A stretch of 63,420 bases of DNA, the filler included. It is 13 parts of 13 records of this genome, joined end to end, with 100 filler letters (N's around TTAATTAATTAA, not from the genome) between each part and the next. Parts side by side here need not be neighbours in the genome. Positions count along the whole stretch, not along the records: positions 21,902 to 26,876 come from SRR7504441_19000; positions 26,977 to 30,473 come from SRR7504441_19004; positions 30,574 to 36,774 come from SRR7504441_19006; 10 more parts are not named here. One strand, written 5' to 3'. The notes beneath the pieces were generated by a model. That model ran no database searches and was not told the DNA's origin. It saw only the letters and a list, made by a program, of their open reading frames with translations. A program made the position numbers and the translations under genes. Shown here piece after piece: positions 21,913-33,378 of this stretch (position 1 is its first letter; every line of letters starts with the position of its first letter).

Positions 21913-24514
21913 TTATAGGTAGAACTCAGGCTCAGGAGCACCCGTCTTCAGGCTTAGCATAGGCTTCGGCCTGAAGCCTTCCGCCGGTGCCAGACTGCCC
22001 AGCCTGAGCGCAGCTACGCCGTCCCTGGTCAGCTTTTGCACGTAGCAGTTCTGCGCGTGGTGCGTGTACTGTTTGCCGTTCCATGTGATAAAGACATCAG
22101 CTGTGTCGGTATCTGCAGGGTCAGACCGGATTACATGCAGATTGCTGCTGATGACTGCCTGGGTGAAGTTCTCAGCAGTTCCATACTGCGCTGCGCGCCC
22201 TGTGAGGATGATGACTGGCGCATACGTGTCTCTCGGAGTGAGCGCCATGTTGAAAGGCCCGGTGGTGCTCAACAGGTCGCCGCCCCATGCAGAGCGCAAA
22301 CCCGCCCAAGCAGCGTTGCCCTCAAGGTCGACCACACCTACGAACGTCCAGTTGGCCTCAAGCCACACAGTGGTCTGTGTGGGCTGCGCCTGTGCTGGGC
22401 ATGTGGGGCCGCTTGCCGAGCACGAGCAGTGCCTGCACTTGTTCGCCTGGCAATTCTCTGCCATCGTTCTGGTGCATCCGCTGGGCAACGCAATTGCCGA
22501 GGCGTTGAAAATGTCGACAACGGTGCTGCCTTGGTAGTGGCACACCGCACATTTGTGAAAGATTCCAATCTCCTCGTCAATAAGCCCCCACTTTTCCCCA
22601 GTCAGGTGATGCATCCCAAGAGCTGTGTGATTCGCGTTGCCGAAGATGAGCCCCACCCACCGCTGCTGAGAGTTTGCCGAAATTGCATCGTTGGGCGACC
22701 AAACGACACCCCCAAGGAGATAGCTTGGTGTCTTCCAAATAGTGTGCACCTGATCGCTCTTGCTCCGCATCGTATAAAAGCTGACCGTTCCGCTCTGCTG
22801 GGTATGGTTAATCTGGCCGATTATCCGGTTCCGCATAAGGTAGCTGGAGGAAGCCCCAAGCTGATGAATTAGCACAGACACGTTAGACATCAAGTACCCG
22901 CCAGCAATCGGCTCCGGCAGGTCGCAATTCATCAGCCCGGGCAGATAAGTGTTCGAACTGTCCCAATGGCTCAGATTAGTCCCATACAGTGCAGGTGTGA
23001 TCACAGGGTACATGTTGGCCGTAATCTCGTCCCGCTTGGCGCGCGACTTCTGGCCACCTCGCACGCCTGCAACCGAAGCCTGTTCTGCCTCCACCATGGC
23101 AATGTCTGCAAACATCTTGGCCCTCAGCCGCACCCGGTCCGAGCTCGGCAAGTCGACCAGGTTGAAAATATTCGGCCAAGTACGCGGCCAGTAGGCTGCG
23201 GCCAGCTCCACAAACAGACCGCTGGTGGCACGCGCCTTGAGCCAGTCGTACCAGAATTGCTCCCATTGGTCGAGATGGTAAGCCAGTGGTTTCCCGTCTG
23301 GCAGCGTACGGTTGATGTATTCTGGTAGGCGCGCGAGGGCGTCCAGCGCAATGTAGATCGCTCCTTGTTGCGACGTGTCGATATTCTCGCTGCCATACAT
23401 TGCCCATATGTGCGAATGAAAGGTGGACCCCATGTGAATAGTTTGCGCCTCCAGCATCGCCCAAAACAGCTCGCGGAGCATGCCAGCAGTCCTGTTGCTC
23501 AGCCCGGCCACTGTGCCGTCGCGCACTCGTGGACTAGCCGGGTCGAACAGCGAGAAACTTCTCACCAGGTGGCTCTGCTCCAACGGAAACCCCCACTGGC
23601 ACTCTGCGCTGTTGCGGGATCGAGTACTGAAGCAGTAATCGTGGGTGATCTCCCGCTTGCTCAGCCCAGAGCAGAAGGCACTGGCCTCTTGGGCAGAGCA
23701 CCCGAAGCACGAGAGCACAGTGCCGTTCTTAGTGACCGGCGTGTGAGGCACGCTGCACTGCATGGCCGTTCTACCGAGGGCACCGGTACATTTTGAGCAT
23801 GTGGAGGCGGAGGTATCTCGTGGAAGCGGCGCAGCCGAGGAGCAGAAAGTTTCGATCTGTGAGGCCGAGCAGGTGGCATTGTCGGGGAACCAGGGTGTCT
23901 TGGATGGGTACGGCGTGCCTGCTGTAACCCACGGCTTGGCGGCCACACACCTGCGGCACGCGTTCAGATCTGCCCTGGTGCTGTTGCAGTGCTGGCTGAG
24001 CAGCCCGTAGCATTCGCCCAGCCCGGAGCACAAAGGGTACAGTACGTTGTTGGCGCACCCAGTGTCAGCCACGGGGGTGAATCCATTGTACTTGAAGTTG
24101 ATGCTTATGTTCGCCAGGCTCTCGTCCGCCAGCGCGATCGCCGACCTGTTGAGGTTGCCCCACAGCGCCACCATCGACGGCGCCAACCGCCCGAACCCGA
24201 TCGGTGTCCAATCCCCGGAGGCCGGCAGGGCGTGCAGGGCTGGGTTGGGCCGGCGGCAGCAGGGGCTCCCGGTCTCGGCTGGAATTGTGTAGTCAAACCT
24301 CTCATAATTCCGGATGGCGGCCTGCCGGTTGGCCAGCGCCCGTCTGTGCGCCTCGGCGATCATGCCGTCGTAGTCCACCGCCTGGCCCGCGGCCCAGCAC
24401 AGTCCCAGCCCCAGGGCTAGCCATCCGAGCAGTCGTGTCCCGGGGTTGGGGGCGAACACCTGCAGCACCACCTGAGCCGCGGCACCGTCTGTGCAGCCGC
24501 GCCTTCACTGACAT
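21913..24514 (-). CDS. Secreted protein with Cys-rich repeats and a large bacterial-type domain (possible polysaccharide-lyase/heparinase-like fold)
   Basis: ATG at 24514 (MSVK) joined by an inferred GC-AG intron 24460-24502 to signal peptide LLGWLALGLGLCWAAGQA. Contains C..C...CS.....FCS repeats and the core GLFVELAAAYW..NLVD..GVRGGQKSR. Confidence 0.65.
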
Positions 24515-24708
24515 TGTCCGTCGGAAACTGTTGTGATCTGTGGCTCCAGAGCCTCTGATGAGCCAGGATAAGGGATGATGGGAGCATCATGCACTGTCGG
24601 TTGCACACACGATTAGGCGCGAAGTAAAAAATTGCGGCTTAGGGGAGCAAATGCCAATCTAAGTAAACGGCTTGGACATCCGATCAGCTGCATTAGCTGA
24701 TACTTTTA

Positions 24709-26070
24709 CTAGCTGATTTCTCCTCCGCCATAAACTACTAAATTCCTACCGCCGAATTCCAAACTAGACACTCGTCCGGCGCCTCCGGCCCGTCCTGCCG
24801 CCCTATGTTGGAGATGCTCTACGAGTTGCGGATGCGAGCGCACTTCAGCGCACTCCCCATCGGCACAGCTACACTTGCTCTTGCGGTCACAATGCCCGCA
24901 AGTCCGCCTGTGCCTGTATCTGTCGGGAAAAACACAGCACGGGATAACTGCCCAGGGTTTACCGCCTGCCGTTGCGCAATCTACAATGCACCCGGTCGGC
25001 TGATCTGGGTGTAGCCCCACCACTGCTGAACACTCGAGAAGTAGACCCGCCAAACTATGCTGCTCGACGCACCCCATAGACTCGGGGTCATCACATCTGC
25101 GTATCCAGGCAGCGCCTCCAGTCGCCTCCTGCATCTCTGTCACTACTGCGGTCATCGTCTCTGGGACTGCTCGCCGTTCAGCGACGTCCTCACGTCCGTA
25201 CAGAAACCCAGTCAGGTGCTCTGGGGCGACGGTGAGCCATTCAGAGAGCAGCTGCGCAATCAGCGGGGATCTGGTCGGCGCCTGCTGGAGTTTGCTGATC
25301 CACTCCTCACGGGTCCGCACCGCCCGGCTCTGCTGCGCTGAGAGCTTGACCGGCCGTGGGTCGAGCGTGCAGCATCGGATGCCGTGCATGACGCAGAGCT
25401 CAAACACCAGCTCCCCGGATCCGCCAGCCACGTCGAGCACGCCCCGGCCTTGATTCAGCTTTTCCTTCCCGAAAGTGTCGATTAGGAACCTCGCAAACGC
25501 CTGGGCCCGACGCCGGTTCCCTCGCACGCCTCGGGGCCGCTTCCTGCGGCAGTCCCGCTGCTCGGCCACCCTGATAACCGGCTGCGTCTCAGCTGCTGCT
25601 GCCGCTGCTGCCGGAGGCACCTCGCGTGCTGTGCCGGGGGGGTCGGCGACCAACGAGAGCGTCGGAGACCCGCCGAGGCAGGGCAGCAGCGCCACGGACT
25701 GCGGGTGCAGACAGTGCCCGCCGAGCGCCAGCGGCTCCAGCTGGCCGAAGGCCTGGACGAACAGCCGCTCCCGCACGGCGGCTGTGAGGGCCGCCAGGCT
25801 GGGGTCGGACCAGCCGTCCTTGGACTTGACCACGATATCCCGCACGGCACAGCTCGGCTGCGGGCGCAGGGTGATCAGTAGAAACGACTTGGAGAGGGCA
25901 GTGACAAACTCGACGGGGCCAGATAACGCGGCGGCCGGCGCTGCTGCTTCACGCCCCGCTCCCAGGCTGGGGCCGAGCCGGGCAGCTCTGGCCGCTGCAC
26001 CTCGGGACCGGATCTGAGCCGCCTCGCGCTCGGCCAGCTCGAGCGCTGACGCTGGCCCTGCTCGGCGCAT
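24709..26070 (-). CDS. Class I SAM-dependent methyltransferase-like protein of an uncharacterised algal/fungal family
   Basis: VLDVAGGSGEL, LDPRP, VVGLHPDQPT..IVD.A, KPWAVIPCCVFP and LEFGGRNLVVY motifs. Confidence 0.75.
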   Translation of the reverse strand: MRRAGPASALELAEREAAQIRSRGAAARAARLGPSLGAGREAAAPAAALSGPVEFVTALSKSFLLITLRPQPSCAVRDIVVKSKDGWSDPSLAALTAAVRERLFVQAFGQLEPLALGGHCLHPQSVALLPCLGGSPTLSLVADPPGTAREVPPAAAAAAAETQPVIRVAEQRDCRRKRPRGVRGNRRRAQAFARFLIDTFGKEKLNQGRGVLDVAGGSGELVFELCVMHGIRCCTLDPRPVKLSAQQSRAVRTREEWISKLQQAPTRSPLIAQLLSEWLTVAPEHLTGFLYGREDVAERRAVPETMTAVVTEMQEATGGAAWIRRCDDPESMGCVEQHSLAGLLLECSAVVGLHPDQPTGCIVDCATAGGKPWAVIPCCVFPDRYRHRRTCGHCDRKSKCSCADGECAEVRSHPQLVEHLQHRAAGRAGGAGRVSSLEFGGRNLVVYGGGEIS

Positions 26071-26257
26071 CCTACCGCAGTTGGCGGCACGTCAGCGGCT
26101 GCAGGATCAGCAAGCCGAGCCAGCGAACCGAAGTAACGGAAACCCTTGGGCTCTCATAGTTTATGGTAAGTATTAGAAAGTCGGGGCCCTAGGGCTCTAC
26201 TAGGGCTCACATAACCTAGTCTCTCATAGTTATGGTTTTAATTCAACTTAAATAACG

Positions 26258-26876
26258 TCACGATAACGTCACGAGATCCAGTAAATACAAAGAAAGGTAT
26301 AACAAACACAACGACTTGAGAAAGAGCCGCAAGATTGCATAAAATTGGTCTTTGCTTCGGACTGGTGCATTCTCTTCTTCGAACTCAGCGGCAGCAGGTG
26401 ATTCACTGCTTCCTGTCACGTCTGCAGCAGAGATCATATCCTCCTCTTCAGTTGCAGCTGTCGTCTCCTTGTTATCTGCAGCCACAGGGGCGGCGTGGTC
26501 CTCTTCAGCTGTAGGAGCAGCTTCCCTCTCTCCAGGCGCAGCCACGGAGGCCGCTTTCTCCTCTTCAGATGGACCCGCAGAGGCAGCCTCTCCTGCAGAT
26601 CTGGATGTCTCCTCTTCTGCAGTCGCAGGAGCGATCTCTTCCTGTGCTTTTTTCTCCATCCCAAGGACAATCGGCTTCTCTACAGCCCCTGCATCATCCG
26701 CGGTTTGCACTTCGACTGCCTCTCCCTGCGGCTCATCCAATGCCTCTGTGTTCTTGTCCGATGATGACGAACCAAATATCGACGAAAACCAGCCCTGACT
26801 TGACCCAGCCGCGCCTTTGTCAGCCTCCAGCGGAGCTACAGCTTTAATGCCTTTCTCGCATTCCCTTGCTCGCTCT
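26258..26876 (-). CDS. Ala/Glu-rich low-complexity protein with C-terminal hydrophobic anchor, 5'-truncated
   Basis: Imperfect A(T/A)EEE repeats followed by FYAILRLFLKSLCLLYLSLYLLDLV and a stop. Confidence 0.55.
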
Positions 26877-27266
26877 NNNNNNNNNNNNNNNNNNNNNNNN
26901 NNNNNNNNNNNNNNNNNNNNTTAATTAATTAANNNNNNNNNNNNNNNNNNNNNNNNNNNNNNNNNNNNNNNNNNNNGGCCGGGGCGGCGGGCTGGCTGCC
27001 CGGGGCATTCATCTCGATGTAGGCGTGCGACTGGTCGTCGTCGCCCACCAGTGGCTGGCTCAGGTCCTTGTTGGCCGCCATCACAAGCGCACCGTCCGCG
27101 CAGCCCGGCTGCTCAAATCAAAAATCCCCACCAGTCCTGCAGGTTGCTAAAATGCAACGGAAAGAGACTTCCTGAGTCGCAGAAAAGCATGCGACGACCC
27201 GGTCCAGAAGAGCTTGACCAGACACGCCCATTGCACCCCGCCTGACCCCCGGCCGCCCAGCCCGCG

Positions 27267-30200
27267 ATGGGTGCCGTGCGCAGCGTGGCCGCACTGCTCC
27301 GGAAGAACGTCAAGCTCAAGCGCCGGAACTGCACCTCGACCTGCTGCGAGGTGGTGCTCCCGATTATCCTGGTGATGCTCATCGTGGCCGGGTTCTTCCT
27401 GAGCTCCCCGGAGGACTACATGCAGCGCAACTACGCGTGCGAGCTGCTCAAGCTGTCCACCATCCTCCCGGCCGTCTCCAAAGCCACCGGGTACGACTTA
27501 GGGTTCTCTGGGGACACCCCAGACTACTCTGAGCTGTACAACTATCGCGGACCCACCCCGGTGATGACGTTCGACCAGTTCGTCGAGACCTCCGAGCTGC
27601 TCAACCAGCTCAAGAACGAGGCCGACGTAGGCTTCGACATCAACAACCTGGACAGCACTTTCTCAGGGATCCTCAATCTGGGCCGAATCGCGCTCTCGCC
27701 CAACACACCAGCCGTCGAAGGGTATCGGCAGTACATGAGCCAGCAGTATCAGCGGTGGGACGGACTCTACCTGCAGACCTTCGAGTCGGAGGACCACGCC
27801 GTCGAGTTCGCAAAGAATTGTGACGACAGTGAGAGATTCTGGGTGCTCATCAACTTCAATGAGCTCGAGGATTTCACGATCGACGTGACGATGCGATTCA
27901 ACTACTCAACCGTGCCCAACACCAAGCGGGTATGGGTGCCGTTCCCACGCGGGCTGTCCGGCTCCGATTACCGTAAGTACACCTGGTCCGGATTCACCAT
28001 GCTCCAGCAGACAGTCGAGGACTACAAAACCGGGCTCTCGCCGGTCTCTCAGGAGGCGTACCAGCTCACGCTCACCGGTGACGCCGACTATACGCTGGAG
28101 AGCAGCGGTGAGACCAGCGCCTGCAACGCGGGCACGATGTGCTCCGGGTCTGTGAACGATCTGAACGCGTCACAGTTCTGCTCGTCGGTCTGCTCCTCGC
28201 TGCAGGAAAACGGGAACTCAACTGCGACGGCCAACGGAACAATCAAGGGCAGCCAGACGTTCACGATAGACTCGACCAACTGGCGCACCTGGACTGTGCC
28301 CTACCCGACCGCGGCGTACAAGGAGAATAAGTTTTATAACTTTGCTGGCCCGCTGATGGGGATGATTATTTGCATGTCGGCTCTGTACCCGGTCTCGCAA
28401 CTGACCAAGGCACTGGTGGACGAGAAGGAGACCCGGATGCGCGAGGTGCTCAAAATGATGGGCCTGTCTGACGGCTCGCTCAATTCGGCATGGACGATTA
28501 CGTACGTGACGATGTTCTCTGTGATCGCTTTCCTGGATGCGATGCTGCTCAAGGCGACAGCGTTTAGTAAGACGGACTTCGTGCTGATGGTCACCTGGCT
28601 GATGCTCTTCTTCGGCTCGCTGGTCACGTACAGCTTCCTGATGGCCACCTTCTTCAGCAGAGCTAAGCTGGCCTCGATTGTGGCTCCAATCGCTTTATTC
28701 GCTACGATCCTCCCCAGGTATATATTCTTCCAAGCAGAGGAGGGCGAAGCGGTCGACGCCAAGATCGCCGCCGCCCTGCTCTCGCCTACCTGCTTCACAT
28801 TCGCAGCTGACCAGATGTCCGAGTACGAAGGGTCGATGATGGGGATCACTTTCGACACAATGTTTGATGGCGAAGGCTTGACATTTGGAATTTGCCTGCT
28901 GATGCTCGCGTTCGACATGGTGCTCTACTGGATGCTGGCCTGGTATCTGGACAAAGTGCTCCCGTCCATGTACGGCACCCGTCGCCCTTTCTACTTCTGC
29001 TGCCTGCCCAGCTACTGGACTGGTTCAGGGGGAGGCTCAGGCCGCCGGGCGGCGATTGAGGCGATGGCGACGGAGGTGAGCCGGACGATTGAGGAGCCGG
29101 TCCCCGAGGACTGGGAGGCCAGTGTCAGCCTGGACAAGCTGAGGAAGGAGTTTGACGATGGAGCCAAGGTCGCAGTCAAGTCTCTTAGCCTGGGCATGTA
29201 CGAAGGACAGATCACCGCGCTGCTCGGGCACAATGGGGCCGGCAAAACAACCACAATCAGCTGTATATCTGGGCTGCTGCCGGCGACATCCGGGGACTGC
29301 GTGGTGTATGGGAGCTCGATCCTGACCCAGATGGATGTAATCAGGAAGAATATGGGGATCTGCCCGCAGCATGATGTGCTGTACGCGCAGCTCACTGTGC
29401 TCGAGCACCTGCAGCTGTTTGCCACCCTCAAATCAGTGCCTTCTGAGGAGGTCGACCAGAAGGCTGAGCAAATGATCGAGGCCGTTGGGCTTGGTGAGAA
29501 GATCAATGTCATGTCGGCTGCCCTATCTGGTGGCCAAAAGCGGAAACTGTCGTTGGGAATCTCGCTGATAGGAGACTGCCGATTCATCCTGTGTGATGAG
29601 CCCACGTCGGGGATGGACCCCTACTCTCGCCGGGCAACCTGGGAGCTCCTGCGACAGAGCAAGGTTGGCAGGACAATTGTGCTCACGACTCATTTCATGG
29701 ATGAGGCCGATCTTCTCGGAGATCGTATCGCGATCATGACTACGGGCGAGCTCGCCTGCATCGGGTCTTCACTGTTCCTTAAGAGGCACTATGGTATCGG
29801 CTACAGGCTTGTTCTGACTAAAGCCACTGCTGAATGCAACGACGACAGCCTGCACTGGTTTGTGAAGAGACATATTCCGGGGGCAGAGCGTGTGAAGAGC
29901 TCCGCAGGTGAAATGGTCTGGAGGCTACCGTTTGACTCGATTGGTAATTTTGCCGCTCTCTTCAGGGAGCTTGAGGAGCAGAAGGATGGCTGGCATGTTG
30001 GCGGCTATGGCTGCTCCATGACCACTCTTGAGGAATGCTTCATCAGGATTGCTGAGGATGAGGCAGTGAACAATGACTCAGACGACAGCGACAGTGAAGG
30101 TTTTGACGAACCCACAACGCCAGTTAGTCAGGAGGCTCCGGAAGCACCGCCGCTGTACACAGCATCCATGAACCAGACTGGTGTGGCCCCGGTTGTTGCC

Positions 30201-30473
30201 CACCCAATGTCCTGCTTTCCTGATGAATGCCCTGCTTTCCTGATGAAGCAGGAAGAGAAGGTAGCCTGCTTTACATACTAGTCCTCCTCTGCATCTACAG
30301 TACTGAGTGTTTCTGTTGCTGCAGGACAGCATGGCACACGCGATTGCGATTCCAAACACCATGAATGACGACAAAGAATTGCCTCCGCCTCCTCCTCCTA
30401 AAGAATTGCCTCCGCCTCCTCCTCCTGAAGAGACCGGAGTGGCCATGGGAACAGTCGCACCACAGCCAGTAGA
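27267..30473 (+). CDS. ABCA subfamily transporter (first TMD and NBD), truncated by contig end
   Basis: ALLRKN..LKRR, EKETRMREVLKMMGL, WYLDKVLP..YG, Walker A GHNGAGKTT, GICPQHDVL, LSGGQKRKL, DEPTSGMDP, TTHFMDEADLLGDRI, TTLEECF. Confidence 0.95.
30372..30426 (+). repeat. 27-bp tandem duplication encoding KELPPPPPP x2; a second short duplication (CCTGCTTTCCTGATGAA x2) lies at about 30211-30247
   Basis: AAAGAATTGCCTCCGCCTCCTCCTCCT occurs twice in tandem. Confidence 0.85.
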
Positions 30474-30573
30474 NNNNNNNNNNNNNNNNNNNNNNNNNNN
30501 NNNNNNNNNNNNNNNNNTTAATTAATTAANNNNNNNNNNNNNNNNNNNNNNNNNNNNNNNNNNNNNNNNNNNN

Positions 30574-33303
30574 AGCGAGGGCAAAGGCCGAGGAGGAGGA
30601 GGCAGAAGAGAAGGCAATACTCGCAAAGAAGGCAGCTGTCTCCGAGCTGGTTGCGGCAGTGGAGGAGGCGGAGGAGGTGGTGACTGCTGAAGAGGCAGAT
30701 CGGTTCAAGGACGTCTTAGTGACGGCGACGGATGCAGCGGCGGAGGAGGCCAAGAATGATCGGTTCAGAGAGATTTTAGTGTCGTCCACAGCAGACGAGG
30801 AAGAGGAGCCCACAGCTGCAGGAGAGGAGGCGGCGAGGCAGCAGTCCGAGGGGACAGCTGAGCTGGCAGTGGCGGATGAGGTGCCTGGACAGATGATGGT
30901 GGAAGCAGACAGCGAGACAGGGGCAATGGAGAAGGCCAAGGCAGAAGCAGCCAAAATCATAGCGGAAGCCGAGGCCGAAGCCAAGGCAGCTGCAGCTGAA
31001 TCGTTCAAGCAGATTCTTGTGGGAGCAACAGATGCGGCTGCAGAGGAGGCGCAGGCCGAGCTCAAGTCCGAGCCGTTCAGAGAAATTCTGGTGTCGGCCA
31101 CTGCTGATGCAACAGAGGAGATGCAAACGCCAGATGATGCGGTGGAGAAGGCTGACGAAGACGAGGAGTCCAGGCAGAAGGCAGAGCAGCCGCAGGATGG
31201 CGAGGCTTGTCGCCAGTCCGAGCGCCGAGCTAGCAGCCCCGAGCAGCTGGACCGGGCTAGGCTGTTCTTCGAAGCCGTCGAGCGGCAGCACGAGGCGGAG
31301 GAGGCGGCCAGGAGGGCAGTGCTGGAGACGGCCGCTGTGGAGAGGGCTGTGCAGGAGGTGGCAGCAAAGGAGCCCAGCGCAGAGCAGGCTAGCACTACCT
31401 GGGCCACGGAAGAGGCCGCGAAGAAAGCTGCGTGGGACACTTACGCAACCAAGAGGGACCAAGTGATCGTGCTGGCGCTCCACGAGGCGGCGGTCCGGAG
31501 AGCGGTCAAGAGACGCGACCTGGCGAAGCAGGCCGCTGCAGAGGGAAAGGTCGTGCTGGATCCCAGGCCTGCTACCGTGCCCAGCCTGCTCCAGTCAGAT
31601 CACAGGTGGGAGCCCACAGCTCGAGCGCTAACCGGTTCTACAGGCAGGACGAGCTGATGAAGCTGGTCGCCATCCGCGAGGCGCGGCAGCTGCCCCCCGA
31701 GCACCGCCCAGCTGGTGCCGACAAACTGCTCTCGCTGAGTGTGCTGCGCACCGTCAACTCGGTACAGTCCGTGCTTGACTCGGACCTGCAGCGGGCCATG
31801 CAACGGGATCACCGCGCCTGGCGGGGTGCAACCCCCCTGTCTGGGCTCAGCCCGGGCCAGATCCGCTGATAGACAAGCTGATGCTCTCCCGGGAGGCGCT
31901 CGATGAGCTGGCGGCCAAGGGCGCGGGCCCTGCAGCGATCCGGAGCGCGCGTGAGCCCGGTCAGCCGGCCCGGGGCTGACTGGGGCGCAGTGCAATATGT
32001 GCTGGACCTGACTCAGCTGCTCAGCGCCTCGCCGGACAGAGAGCCGGACGCTCGCCGAGAGCTGAGCCTGAGCCACATCGAGCCACAGGCTGCTATCCAG
32101 ACGCCAGCCCCAAGCCCGGACCGCGAGCCTCCGGCGTGCAGGCTGGTTTTCAGCTCCGTGACCGTCGGTGCCGGCTGTGCTGGTTGGTGGCCACTGACTG
32201 GTGCCCAGAGGCAGTTGGGCTGGCCGAGTTTGGGCAGCAGCTGCAGGAGGACCTGCGCTCGGCGCTCGGGGTTGAGGCTCGGTTCGGGGTGTGCTGCCCG
32301 CTGGATCGGCTCACTGGCCGCAGGGACTCGAGTCGGCCTCGGGCTGGAGCCTGCAGCAGGAGGCGGTGGCGGCCCGACTGCTGCTCCGGGAGCCGCCGGT
32401 CGGGTTGAGGGACCAGCTGCTTGAGTCCAACTCGGCGCTGTACCGCGGGGCGGTGACTAAGCACATCGACGCAGGTGGCGGCTCCCTGTGTCAGCGCTGA
32501 CTGTGCTGCCAGCCGGCTCGGCCTGCGCCCTGGCCGACTCCGAACCACAAGGCAGCGGCTACAGCCAGCGTGCGGTCAGGCCTGGGGGCAGGGCTGTCGC
32601 GGGCAGAACGCGAGAGCCAGTTCGATCGGGTTTTCGAAGGCTGGAGCAGCACAGCGGGCTGCCGGCTCGGGATCCACGCCAGGGCCCGATCAAGCCCGCA
32701 GCACAGCCCGGCGCCACCGTACACCGAGGCCACCCGGCGCCAGACCAGCGGCTGATCGGCGCGCAGGTGGTGTACAGCTCGATGCACCGGCTGATCAGCA
32801 TGGCCGGCTACTTGGCGCACGGGCCGGAGCTCTGCTGGGCCGCTCGGCGGTTCTGGGACCTCTCGAGCCAGCTCGGCAAGGCCGTGGTGGCCGCAGCGCT
32901 CACTGGCAGATTTGCGCTCTGCAGCGGGATTGAGAGGCTGGCCGCACTGCACCAGGCACGGCCCGGGCGCAGTGGCCAGCTGGATCGGACGGAGCAGGTG
33001 GCCACCCAATCGGCTCGCAAGCTCGGGCGCCGGGCCGAGAGCAGCCAGCCGATTGAGCTGGAGATGGTGTGCGGCGACGCCAACTCGTGCCAAAAGTGGC
33101 TGGAGGCGACAGTCGTGTGGGCGGCTACTGGCGGAGCCGACGAGCATGCTGCGCTAGCAAAGTCGGCCGACAAGCTGCGCCGAGGGGCAATCGTGGTGAC
33201 TGCGACTGAGCCGTTGCGGTCGGCGTGCGTTGTGGTGATTGGCCGGGTGCTCGGGCAGATGCACTGGGGCGAGACTCTCTTCTACCTGCACAGGAAGACC
33301 TAA
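30574..33303 (+). CDS. Large protein with acidic repeats and a C-terminal DOT1-like methyltransferase domain (degenerate motif I), spliced, 5'-truncated
   Basis: Spliced PYTE|VVYSSM, FWDLSSQLGKAVVAAAL..F..CSGIE.L..LH, VCGD, LRRGAIVVT, MHWGETLFYLHRK. Linkage of the upstream exons is inferred. Confidence 0.6.
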
Positions 33304-33378
33304 TCCAACTGTAGACCCCAAAATCCAATAAATTTAATCATTTCAACCTATTTCAACCGGCCGGTCGCAGCGCGATCG

